Notes under the pieces: model-generated
The model's input: only the letters and a program-made list of their open reading frames with translations
Told to the model about the DNA's origin: nothing
Databases searched by the model: none
In this document: one piece after another, positions 56,421-64,000 of the stretch
Numbering within the stretch: the stretch's first letter is position 1
Layout: every line of letters begins with the position of its first letter
Position numbers and translations under genes: made by a program
From: a virus
Lineage: Duplodnaviria > Caudoviricetes
IMG/VR virus record: IMGVR_UViG_3300031974_003050
Span: 1,438-65,437 of that record
Length of the DNA stretch: 64,000 nt
Reading direction: 5' to 3' (one strand)

Positions 56421-58520
56421 ATGGATGAAAATGTTATCAAGATTGACCCTAACGGCACAGAGGGCGAAGTTATCGAACTCGGTGGAATACATATTTGCCT
56501 ACCAAAGAAACCCCCCAAAAAAGAAATCCTCTTCCACGACAAGCCGAAGGCTATGCAACTGTGGGAAAGGTCACATATGCCAGAGGAGCTGCGTAGGGTT
56601 CGCTCTATGGATGAGTGGGCAGAGATGCCAAGGGAGTTCCGTGAACGTTTCAGTCCATATATCGAGAATGAGTTTAGGCGTAGACGTGACGGCGTTTGGT
56701 TTTATAACAACGGTGTCCCTACGTACATTACAGGCAGGCACTATATGGCCTTACAATGGACGAAGTTTGATGTAGGATATCCAAACTATCTGAGCTTTCA
56801 GAGGGATATATTTTTGCATATGGCAGCATGCGAAGCTGATTCTAATTGCATAGGTCAGATATACACAAAGTGTAGAAGATCTGGATACACTAATATATGC
56901 GCTTCAGTACTGGTTGATGAGGCGACACAAGTGAAAGAAAAGCTGCTGGGTATACAGAGTAAAACTGGTAAAGATGCCCAGGAAAACATATTTATGAAGA
57001 AGGTAGTCAATATGTTTAGGAACTACCCTTTTTTCTTCAAGCCTATACAGGATGGAACTACAAACCCCAGGATGGAGCTTGCTTTTAGAGAACCTTCTAA
57101 AAAGATCACTAAAAAGAATAAGACAGCACAGGTTGGCGATGCACTAAACACGGTAATAAATTGGAAAAACACTACTAATAACGCATACGACGGTGAGAAG
57201 CTTCACTTGTTGTATCTAGACGAAGCAGGAAAATGGGAAAAACCTACAGACATAAGGGACGCCTGGAGGATTCAGAGGACATGTTTGATCGTGGGCCGAA
57301 AAATAATAGGAAAGGCTCTAGTCGGAAGCACCGTAAATCCAATGGACAAAGGTGGAAAGGAATACAAGGACCTTTGGGAGGATTCGGATCCGATGGAGAG
57401 GAATTCGAATGGGAGGACTAGATCTGGACTTTACAGGCTTTTTATACCAGCTCAAAACTCTCTAGAAGGGTTTTTTGATAAATACGGGAATCCAATAATA
57501 AACAACCCAGATAAGCCTGTAGAAGGTATTGATGGGGATGATATAGTTATTGGTGCTAAGACATACCTAAAGAACGAGAGGGAGTCATTTAAACAACAGC
57601 CATCTGAGCTTAATGAGGTCATAAGGCAGTTCCCTTTTACTACGGATGAAGCTTTTAGGGATAGTATTGAAGGTAGCTTGTTTAATATCGGTCAGATATA
57701 TGAGCAAATAGATTTCAATGACAATCTCTTCCCAAACCCTGTAGTACAGGGGAATTTTGTCTGGCGAGACGGTCAAAAAGATACAGAAGTTATATTCAAA
57801 CCAGATAAAACTGGTAGATTTTATGTGTCATGGCTACCACCTAAAAACCTTAGGAATAACAAAAAAGAATCCTATGGGAAGTTGATACCACCAAATGATT
57901 TGATTGGATGTGGGGGCGTAGACAGCTATGATATTGATGCTACTGTTGACGGGAGGGGATCTAAAGGTGCTTTGCATATGTACAATAAGTTTCATATGGA
58001 GCACCCTTCTAATATGTTTGTTTTAGAGTACGCTTCTCGTCCTCCTTTAGCTAAGATATTCTACGAGGATGTACTTATGGCTGCGTTTTTTTATGGGTAT
58101 CCTTTGTTGATAGAGAACAACAAATACGGTATAGCTAGGTACTTTGAGGAAAGGGGATATGATGGGTACCTGTTGGACAGACCAGATCATTTGAAAGTTC
58201 CTGGATCGACATCTAACGTAAGAACCAAGGGCGTACCCTCTAACTCAGCAGATGTAATACACTCTCACGCCCAGTCTATAGAGGCATACATACACAATCA
58301 CGTAGGTATAAACAGAGAGACTGGTGATAATGGTAAGATGTATTTCAATAGAACTTTAGAGGACTGGATTGGATTTAAAATTACAGACCGCACAAAGTAC
58401 GACTTGACTATATCATCTGGACTCGCTTTACTTGCTGCTCAAAAAGCAAAACCAAAAGAAGCCACTAACTTCTCAGAAAAGAAGTTCTTTAGAAGATATA
58501 AACCTATAAACAGAGTTTAA
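56421..58520 (+). CDS. terL: Terminase large subunit
   Basis: KCRRSGYT Walker A, YLDEAGKW Walker B, GGVDSYD nuclease motif; start reassigned to MDENV. Confidence 0.9.
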   Translation: MDENVIKIDPNGTEGEVIELGGIHICLPKKPPKKEILFHDKPKAMQLWERSHMPEELRRVRSMDEWAEMPREFRERFSPYIENEFRRRRDGVWFYNNGVPTYITGRHYMALQWTKFDVGYPNYLSFQRDIFLHMAACEADSNCIGQIYTKCRRSGYTNICASVLVDEATQVKEKLLGIQSKTGKDAQENIFMKKVVNMFRNYPFFFKPIQDGTTNPRMELAFREPSKKITKKNKTAQVGDALNTVINWKNTTNNAYDGEKLHLLYLDEAGKWEKPTDIRDAWRIQRTCLIVGRKIIGKALVGSTVNPMDKGGKEYKDLWEDSDPMERNSNGRTRSGLYRLFIPAQNSLEGFFDKYGNPIINNPDKPVEGIDGDDIVIGAKTYLKNERESFKQQPSELNEVIRQFPFTTDEAFRDSIEGSLFNIGQIYEQIDFNDNLFPNPVVQGNFVWRDGQKDTEVIFKPDKTGRFYVSWLPPKNLRNNKKESYGKLIPPNDLIGCGGVDSYDIDATVDGRGSKGALHMYNKFHMEHPSNMFVLEYASRPPLAKIFYEDVLMAAFFYGYPLLIENNKYGIARYFEERGYDGYLLDRPDHLKVPGSTSNVRTKGVPSNSADVIHSHAQSIEAYIHNHVGINRETGDNGKMYFNRTLEDWIGFKITDRTKYDLTISSGLALLAAQKAKPKEATNFSEKKFFRRYKPINRV

Positions 58521-58546
58521 TATATTTGCATTTCATAGGAAATAGT

Positions 58547-60958
58547 ATGGCAAATAAAAATTCTTCTAGTTTTCCCGATCCTTTGCTCCCCAGGGAGAAA
58601 AAAGAAATGAAGGAATATGGACTGAAGTACGCTAAGGCTATACAGTCTCAATGGGGGAATGGAAGCGACTATAATTCGCTTTTCAGAAAGAGAAGAAAGA
58701 TATTCGACAGAAACAGAGACTATGCCAACGGAACTCAAGACACAACGGTATATAAGCAGATTCTTACATCTCTTGATCCTAACAATGGTGACGGGAGTCT
58801 TGTTAATCTTGATTTTACCCCTGTACCTATTCTATCGAAGTTTGCTAGGATTGTTGTCAATAAGATCCTATCTAGGGATCCATACCCAAACCTCGAAGCG
58901 GTGGATCCGCTTTCTTCTTCGGAAAAGAACAAACAGAAAAGAAGAGTAAACCTTCAAGTACAAGCAAAAGAGCAGCTAAAAAAACTAAAGGAGCAACACG
59001 GTATGGTGCTGGATATGGATCCAGACCAGATGCCAGAAAGCCTAGAAGAAGCAGAGATTCTGTTTGACACCAACATAAAAACGGATGCAGAAGTAGCCGC
59101 TCAGATAGGGACAAACATGACTCTTGAGTGGTGCAACTTCAACGACTCTACTTACAGAAGGTGCGTAAATGATATGGTTGCTCTGGGTATGGCTGTAACT
59201 AGAAGGACCAACGACCCTACTTATGGTATAAGTGTTGAGTATGTAGATCCTTGCAACTTCGTTCATAGCTATACCGAGGACCCTTCTTTTGAAGACATGA
59301 TCTACGCGGGGCACGTTAAAAGAGTAACCATATCTGAACTCAAGAGACTTGCTGGCGATGAGCTTACAGAAGATGATTATAAAAAGATACAGAAACTTGC
59401 TACCAGGCATAACACCAGCGGGGGCCCATACGACTCAACGTATGACAAGATTACCGAAAAGTACAACATGGGGTACGATGAGTACATGGTTGAGATACTT
59501 GACTTTGAGTTTATGTCAACGGACACCAACTTTTTTGAAGAGAAAGAAAACCGATTCGGAAACACAAACTTCTATGACAAAGGGAGCTCCTACAAAGAGA
59601 AGACAAACAGTGTGTTTTCAAGAACCCCGCACAAGCTAGAAGTCATGAATGTATATAGCGGAACCTATATAATGGGATCCGACTATATGTTTGGATATGG
59701 GCTGAAGTCCAATATGCCAAGAAACATGCATGATATAAGTAAGACAAATATGTCTTTTTCTGTTGTGTCTACTAACATGAGGAACATGATTCCTAAGTCT
59801 ATGGTCGATAGCTGTGTTGGTTTTGCTGACATGCTTCAGCTTACTCACCTTAAGATCCAGCAATCTATTGCAAAAGCAAAGCCTGATGGGTTGATTATAG
59901 ACATCGAAGGTCTTGAAAACGTACAACTTGGAAAGGGTGGTGAACTCCAACCACTTGATCTTCATGATATATACGAGCAGACTGGTGTATTCTATTACAG
60001 AAGTAAAAACCCTGAAGGAGGATTTCAAAACCCACCAGTAAGAGAGATAGGAAATAGCATAAGAAATATCAATGAGCTAATCGGTTTGTATAACCATTAT
60101 CTCAGAATGATTAGAGACGCAACTGGAATCAACGAAGTAATGGACGCTTCATCACCTAAGAGTGAGGCTTTGGTTGGTGTTAGAGAGCAAGCTATCGCTG
60201 CTGCTAACAACGCTATATACGATATAACAAACGCCTCCTCTATGTTGTACAAGAAAGTATGCTCGGATATTGTAAAGTGCCTTCAAATACTTCCTCAGGA
60301 CTCTGTTGTAAGTAGGCTTTACGAGAACGCTATAGGTAAAAAGAATGTAGAGGTTCTTAATTCTTTTAGCCGTTTGCCTATGTACAATTTCGGGGTTACA
60401 GTTCAAAAAGAAATGGAGGATGCAGAAAAAGCATATTTGGAGCAAAACATACAGATATCACTTTCTCAAAAAGAACTAGACATAGAAGATGCTATGGCGA
60501 TAAGGTCTATGAAAGACATCAATCAGGCGGAGAGATTATTGGTTCTTAGAAGAAAGAAAAGAATAGCTACGAATCAGCAGATTGCACAACAGAATATCCA
60601 AGCTCAGTCTCAGGCTCAGATACAGGCTTCTCAAGCTCAAGCTCAAATGAAAGCCCAAGAGATGCAACTAGAGTCTCAACTTTCTGCTCAAGAGCTTCAG
60701 CTTAAAAATCAACTTGAGATTCAGCTTGAGTCGGTTAAGCATGAGTTTAGAAAAGAGATCGAAACCATCAAAGCTCAAGCAACGCTTGGATTCAAAGAGG
60801 ACGACAAGAACTTCAGAGAAAAGCTAGAAGTTTTGAAAGAAGAAGGTAAAGATAGGAGAATAGGTATGCAGGCTGAGAATCAAGAGAAGATGATTGAGAA
60901 GAGGAATGAACCAGAGATACAGGAAGATTCTATTGATAATTTTAATGAATTTGATTGA
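58547..60958 (+). CDS. Portal protein
   Basis: ~800 aa after terL; NLDFTPVPILSKF, TGINE..D.S.P, Gln-rich C-terminal barrel. Confidence 0.85.
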   Translation: MANKNSSSFPDPLLPREKKEMKEYGLKYAKAIQSQWGNGSDYNSLFRKRRKIFDRNRDYANGTQDTTVYKQILTSLDPNNGDGSLVNLDFTPVPILSKFARIVVNKILSRDPYPNLEAVDPLSSSEKNKQKRRVNLQVQAKEQLKKLKEQHGMVLDMDPDQMPESLEEAEILFDTNIKTDAEVAAQIGTNMTLEWCNFNDSTYRRCVNDMVALGMAVTRRTNDPTYGISVEYVDPCNFVHSYTEDPSFEDMIYAGHVKRVTISELKRLAGDELTEDDYKKIQKLATRHNTSGGPYDSTYDKITEKYNMGYDEYMVEILDFEFMSTDTNFFEEKENRFGNTNFYDKGSSYKEKTNSVFSRTPHKLEVMNVYSGTYIMGSDYMFGYGLKSNMPRNMHDISKTNMSFSVVSTNMRNMIPKSMVDSCVGFADMLQLTHLKIQQSIAKAKPDGLIIDIEGLENVQLGKGGELQPLDLHDIYEQTGVFYYRSKNPEGGFQNPPVREIGNSIRNINELIGLYNHYLRMIRDATGINEVMDASSPKSEALVGVREQAIAAANNAIYDITNASSMLYKKVCSDIVKCLQILPQDSVVSRLYENAIGKKNVEVLNSFSRLPMYNFGVTVQKEMEDAEKAYLEQNIQISLSQKELDIEDAMAIRSMKDINQAERLLVLRRKKRIATNQQIAQQNIQAQSQAQIQASQAQAQMKAQEMQLESQLSAQELQLKNQLEIQLESVKHEFRKEIETIKAQATLGFKEDDKNFREKLEVLKEEGKDRRIGMQAENQEKMIEKRNEPEIQEDSIDNFNEFD

Positions 60959-60972
60959 TTATATTTGCACTT

Positions 60973-61281
60973 ATGAAGTGTAAAAAATCTTACAAGTCTG
61001 GTGGTAAAACTCCTGCATGGACACGTAAAGAAGGGAAGGACCCTTCTGGTGGTCTAAATAAAAAGGGTGTCGCTTCATATCGCCGTGCTAATCCTGGAAG
61101 TAAACTGAAAACAGCAGTAACTACAAAACCATCTAAACTTAAGAAGGGGAGTAAAGCTGCCAACAGAAGAAAGAGTTTTTGTGCTAGGATGACTGGCATG
61201 AAAAAAAGGCTTACTTCCGCTAAGACGGCTCGTGATCCAAATTCACGAATAAACAAGTCACTTAGAAAATGGAACTGCTGA
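60973..61281 (+). CDS. Basic phage protein (DUF6321-like)
   Basis: GKDPSGGLN.KG...RRKSFCARM...LRKWNC; N-terminal YKSGGK tag. Confidence 0.65.
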   Translation: MKCKKSYKSGGKTPAWTRKEGKDPSGGLNKKGVASYRRANPGSKLKTAVTTKPSKLKKGSKAANRRKSFCARMTGMKKRLTSAKTARDPNSRINKSLRKWNC

Positions 61282-61490
61282 TGCCTGAAAACCTTACTCA
61301 CTTTGAATTTCTTGTTGTTGCTGGGGGGCTAATTGGATTTTGGTTGAAACACCAATCTGATTTTACTACTATGAAAGCTAGAGTAAAAGCTCTTGAGGGT
61401 GATAACGGGGAGCTGAAAAAAAACATAGAAACCCTCTTGAAAGAGATACAAGAGATAAAACTTCTTCTTGCTAAAAACCAAATGCAATGA
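61269..61490 (+). CDS. Small membrane/coiled-coil protein
   Basis: N-terminal TM segment and coiled coil. Confidence 0.5.
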   Translation: MELLMPENLTHFEFLVVAGGLIGFWLKHQSDFTTMKARVKALEGDNGELKKNIETLLKEIQEIKLLLAKNQMQ

Positions 61491-61672
61491 AGTCTGTTAA
61501 GCGTAACAAAGGCGGAAGCTTAGATATTACGCAGAAGTCGGTTTCTGTCCCTCCTCCTAGTGGGTATCACTGGATGGAGGATCGCGGGAGATATTTTCTT
61601 ATGAAGGGCGATTACAAGCCACACCCAAAAGCAGTAGAGGAGGCCAAGTTTAAGCTCGTAAACCATAGTTGA
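61487..61672 (+). CDS. Small hypothetical protein
   Basis: RNKGG; PPPSGYHWM. Confidence 0.55.
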   Translation: MKSVKRNKGGSLDITQKSVSVPPPSGYHWMEDRGRYFLMKGDYKPHPKAVEEAKFKLVNHS

Positions 61673-63384
61673 TGATTGGTTTAGGACTTTCTGTATATAA
61701 AAGCCAAGGGATCTCTATCGGCGGAGGTGGATCGTCGTACACTCCGCCACTTGATAGCGTTACGGCTGCTGTTGCATATAGCGTCCGCAAGCTCAACTCT
61801 ACATATACGGGGGACTGTATGCTTGTTCGCCGCGTCAGCGATGGTGCTACGCAGGATATTGGTTTTGATTCAGATGGTCTAATTGACGTTGCAGCTTTGA
61901 CTGCATTCTCTGGGGGTGTTGAGCTCACGGTTAAAGTTTGGTACGACCAAGCGGGTGGGGGCTTCGACCTTGAGCAGTCCAACGATGCATATTTGCCTAC
62001 CATTTATGACGGCACTTCCGTTACTACAAGCACTAGCGGCAAGCCTTGCGTTCGCATTGTTCGAGTCTCGAACAACGGTCCAGGAGAGTGGTTGCAAACC
62101 GACCCCGTTAGTCTTTCTACAGCGGGTGATATGGACGTATTCCTTGTTTTTCATGGTCCTTTTGCGAGTGGTGGCGACCGTTATTTTTGGAATAGTCAAG
62201 CGGGTCCGACCACGAGCGGCGCTCGGTGGGGTATTGCGTACAACACTAATACTTATGTTCAACAGCCAGGACTAGCCGTACCTAAACAATTACTTTCCAC
62301 GCCTATCCCCGACAACCTTCAGTTTATCTTGAACGCTCAGTACAACCCAAGCGGGAATATCAACACTTTGGAAGGTAACGGGGTTGAGTTTGGTACTTAC
62401 ACTTCAAGTACCACTTACCGCACAGACCCATACAATGTTACTTTGGGTGCACGGACGGGCGGACTTGAGGGATACAATAGTTTCGACATCTCCGAGATTA
62501 TTCACCTCCCTACATATAACGCTTCTGAAAACGCAAGTCTTGGGCTCAACATCAACTCTTATTATGAGTTCACGAACTGGACACCGACCTCTGGATTCTT
62601 GGCTGACTATACTGGTGCGGCTGCTGCGTACTCTGTCAGGCAGCTAAGTAACAACGCTATCAAGTGTATGCGTGTGCGTAGGGCTGTTCCTCCTTATGAC
62701 GAGCAAGACATCGGATTTACTGCGGGCGGAGACTTGGACGAGGCGTCTATCGTAGCCTTCGGGGGTTCAGATGAACTTCGGGTCTCGGCTTGGTATGACC
62801 AAAGTGGACAGTCAAACCACGCTACTCAGATTAATCCAAACTCTCAGCCTAAGATATACAACGGTACGGCTGTGATTACTGACAACGGGAAGCCTGCTCT
62901 CGACATTCGTACCCCTAATACAACCACCCCCGTAAGGCTTGATTTGTCTGTTCCTACGTTAGCACAACCCTTGACATTTGCTATTACGCAAAACATGGGA
63001 ACAAATAGCCCATATCGAGCGACTATTTCAACACCAGCTAATACGTTAGCCCTGCTTAGCTATGGTGGGAATCAAATTATGTTGTCTCCAACTCAGGTTC
63101 AGGGAACTGTTGATTTAACTCAGCAAAGAGAAATAACTGCTATTTATGACAGTCCAAGTTCAAGCCTATTTGTTGATGGCAATACAATCCTTAGTAATGT
63201 AAACACAGGGACTAACGGCCTATCAAGTAACAGCTTGGTGATAGGTGGAACTCAGGCAACCCAATATTGGCTGGGAGGAGGTACTATACAAGAATACATC
63301 CTGTGGAATTCAAACCAAGACAGCGCAGGCAACCGCACAGCCATCGAGACCAACATCAACAGTTACTTCCAGATTTATCCTTAA
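61669..63384 (+). CDS. Tail fibre/receptor-binding protein with two ConA/LamG-like repeats
   Basis: Two copies of AYSVR.L...VRR...QDIGF...WYDQ. Confidence 0.7.
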   Translation: MMIGLGLSVYKSQGISIGGGGSSYTPPLDSVTAAVAYSVRKLNSTYTGDCMLVRRVSDGATQDIGFDSDGLIDVAALTAFSGGVELTVKVWYDQAGGGFDLEQSNDAYLPTIYDGTSVTTSTSGKPCVRIVRVSNNGPGEWLQTDPVSLSTAGDMDVFLVFHGPFASGGDRYFWNSQAGPTTSGARWGIAYNTNTYVQQPGLAVPKQLLSTPIPDNLQFILNAQYNPSGNINTLEGNGVEFGTYTSSTTYRTDPYNVTLGARTGGLEGYNSFDISEIIHLPTYNASENASLGLNINSYYEFTNWTPTSGFLADYTGAAAAYSVRQLSNNAIKCMRVRRAVPPYDEQDIGFTAGGDLDEASIVAFGGSDELRVSAWYDQSGQSNHATQINPNSQPKIYNGTAVITDNGKPALDIRTPNTTTPVRLDLSVPTLAQPLTFAITQNMGTNSPYRATISTPANTLALLSYGGNQIMLSPTQVQGTVDLTQQREITAIYDSPSSSLFVDGNTILSNVNTGTNGLSSNSLVIGGTQATQYWLGGGTIQEYILWNSNQDSAGNRTAIETNINSYFQIYP

Positions 63385-63398
63385 AAATATATTATATT

Positions 63399-63818
63399 AT
63401 GGCAAAAGTTTACCTACCCGTTGACGCTATACCTGATGGTATGACTAGTGAAGAGCATGCAGTAGCTATCAATAAAGAGTGCTGGAATCTGTATCGCCCC
63501 GCGAGCATTCAAGACCCTAACGATATTACATCTCAGTTGTTCCCAATGTCAACTAGAGAGAGCGATGGGGTCGTGGCTATAGTTGCGGAGTCTGACGAAC
63601 AAGTATACATAAGCCCTGAAGTAGATCTTACAGTACTTCTAAGTATCCTACCAAACGTTACAGACGAAGAGAAGACTATGCTTACCGCATATATAGAGTC
63701 CAACAAAGGCGGTTATGTCCCGTTTTACACGCTTGTACCACCTTCTTCTGAACAGCTCACCGAAGAAGAAGCTATTGCAGCAGGATGGCCTGATCCAAAT
63801 TCCGATATAGAACCATGA
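63399..63818 (+). CDS. Acidic protein, possible fibre chaperone
   Basis: MAKVYLPVDAIP, between paralogous fibre genes. Confidence 0.5.
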   Translation: MAKVYLPVDAIPDGMTSEEHAVAINKECWNLYRPASIQDPNDITSQLFPMSTRESDGVVAIVAESDEQVYISPEVDLTVLLSILPNVTDEEKTMLTAYIESNKGGYVPFYTLVPPSSEQLTEEEAIAAGWPDPNSDIEP

Positions 63819-64000
63819 TTGGTTTAGGGCTTTCTGTATATAAAAGTAAAATTAGCTCTACTGGAGGTGGAGGTGGATCGTCGTACACTCCACCTTTGGA
63901 TGCTTACCCTGCTACGGCTGCGTACTCGGTGCGGAAGTTAAGCTCTACGTATAGCGGGGATGCGCTTCGCGTGCGGCGTACCGTATCTCCGTTTGACGAA
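63815..64000 (+). CDS. Paralogous lectin-like fibre protein, 3'-truncated
   Basis: MIGLGLSVYKS...GGGGSSYTPPLD...AAYSVRKLSSTYSGDALRVRR. Confidence 0.7.
   Translation, partial: MIGLGLSVYKSKISSTGGGGGSSYTPPLDAYPATAAYSVRKLSSTYSGDALRVRRTVSPFDE

Noticed and set aside
1-64000. Stop-codon reassignment as in some crAss-like phages
   Set aside because: Genes are long and densely packed under code 11, and no suppressor tRNA is seen
1-64000. CRISPR array, DGR, integrase, introns or inteins
   Set aside because: No regularly spaced repeats and no RT or recombinase motifs; terL, nrdJ and the helicase look uninterrupted

Overview
The window is most of the genome of a lytic podovirus with crAss-like virion genes. 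The host is probably a Bacteroidota bacterium, because four complete TTTG-N20/21-TAnnTTTG promoters and many isolated TAnnTTTG boxes are present. The + strand (1-28209 and 44771-64000) carries late genes: scaffold, major capsid protein, ring and muzzle proteins, ejected cargo including a 2732-aa LPD38-type polyvalent protein, an M15 endolysin, a GroES-like protein, a MazG-like protein, terminase, portal and lectin-like tail proteins. The - strand (28319-44129) carries a class II RNR, nucleases, primase-helicase, SSB, exonuclease, an annealing protein, a DnaA-C-like HTH protein, about 25 small early genes and a tRNA/ncRNA cluster. No DNA or RNA polymerase is recognisable. The most striking signal is a set of modular proteins whose domains (GNAT, lysozyme-like, Wnt/lipocone-like, EExxH zincin-like) are delimited by a recurring (Y/F)-K/N-x-G-G-K/R-V/I ... 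M-R-x-x ... PP/GDP tag. The same tag also occurs on small basic late proteins, which suggests a tag-addressed, possibly protease-processed system for loading effectors into the virion. There are also three non-canonical tRNA-like RNAs and a tandem structured ncRNA with a compensatory base change. All calls come from reading motifs by eye; no database searches were run.
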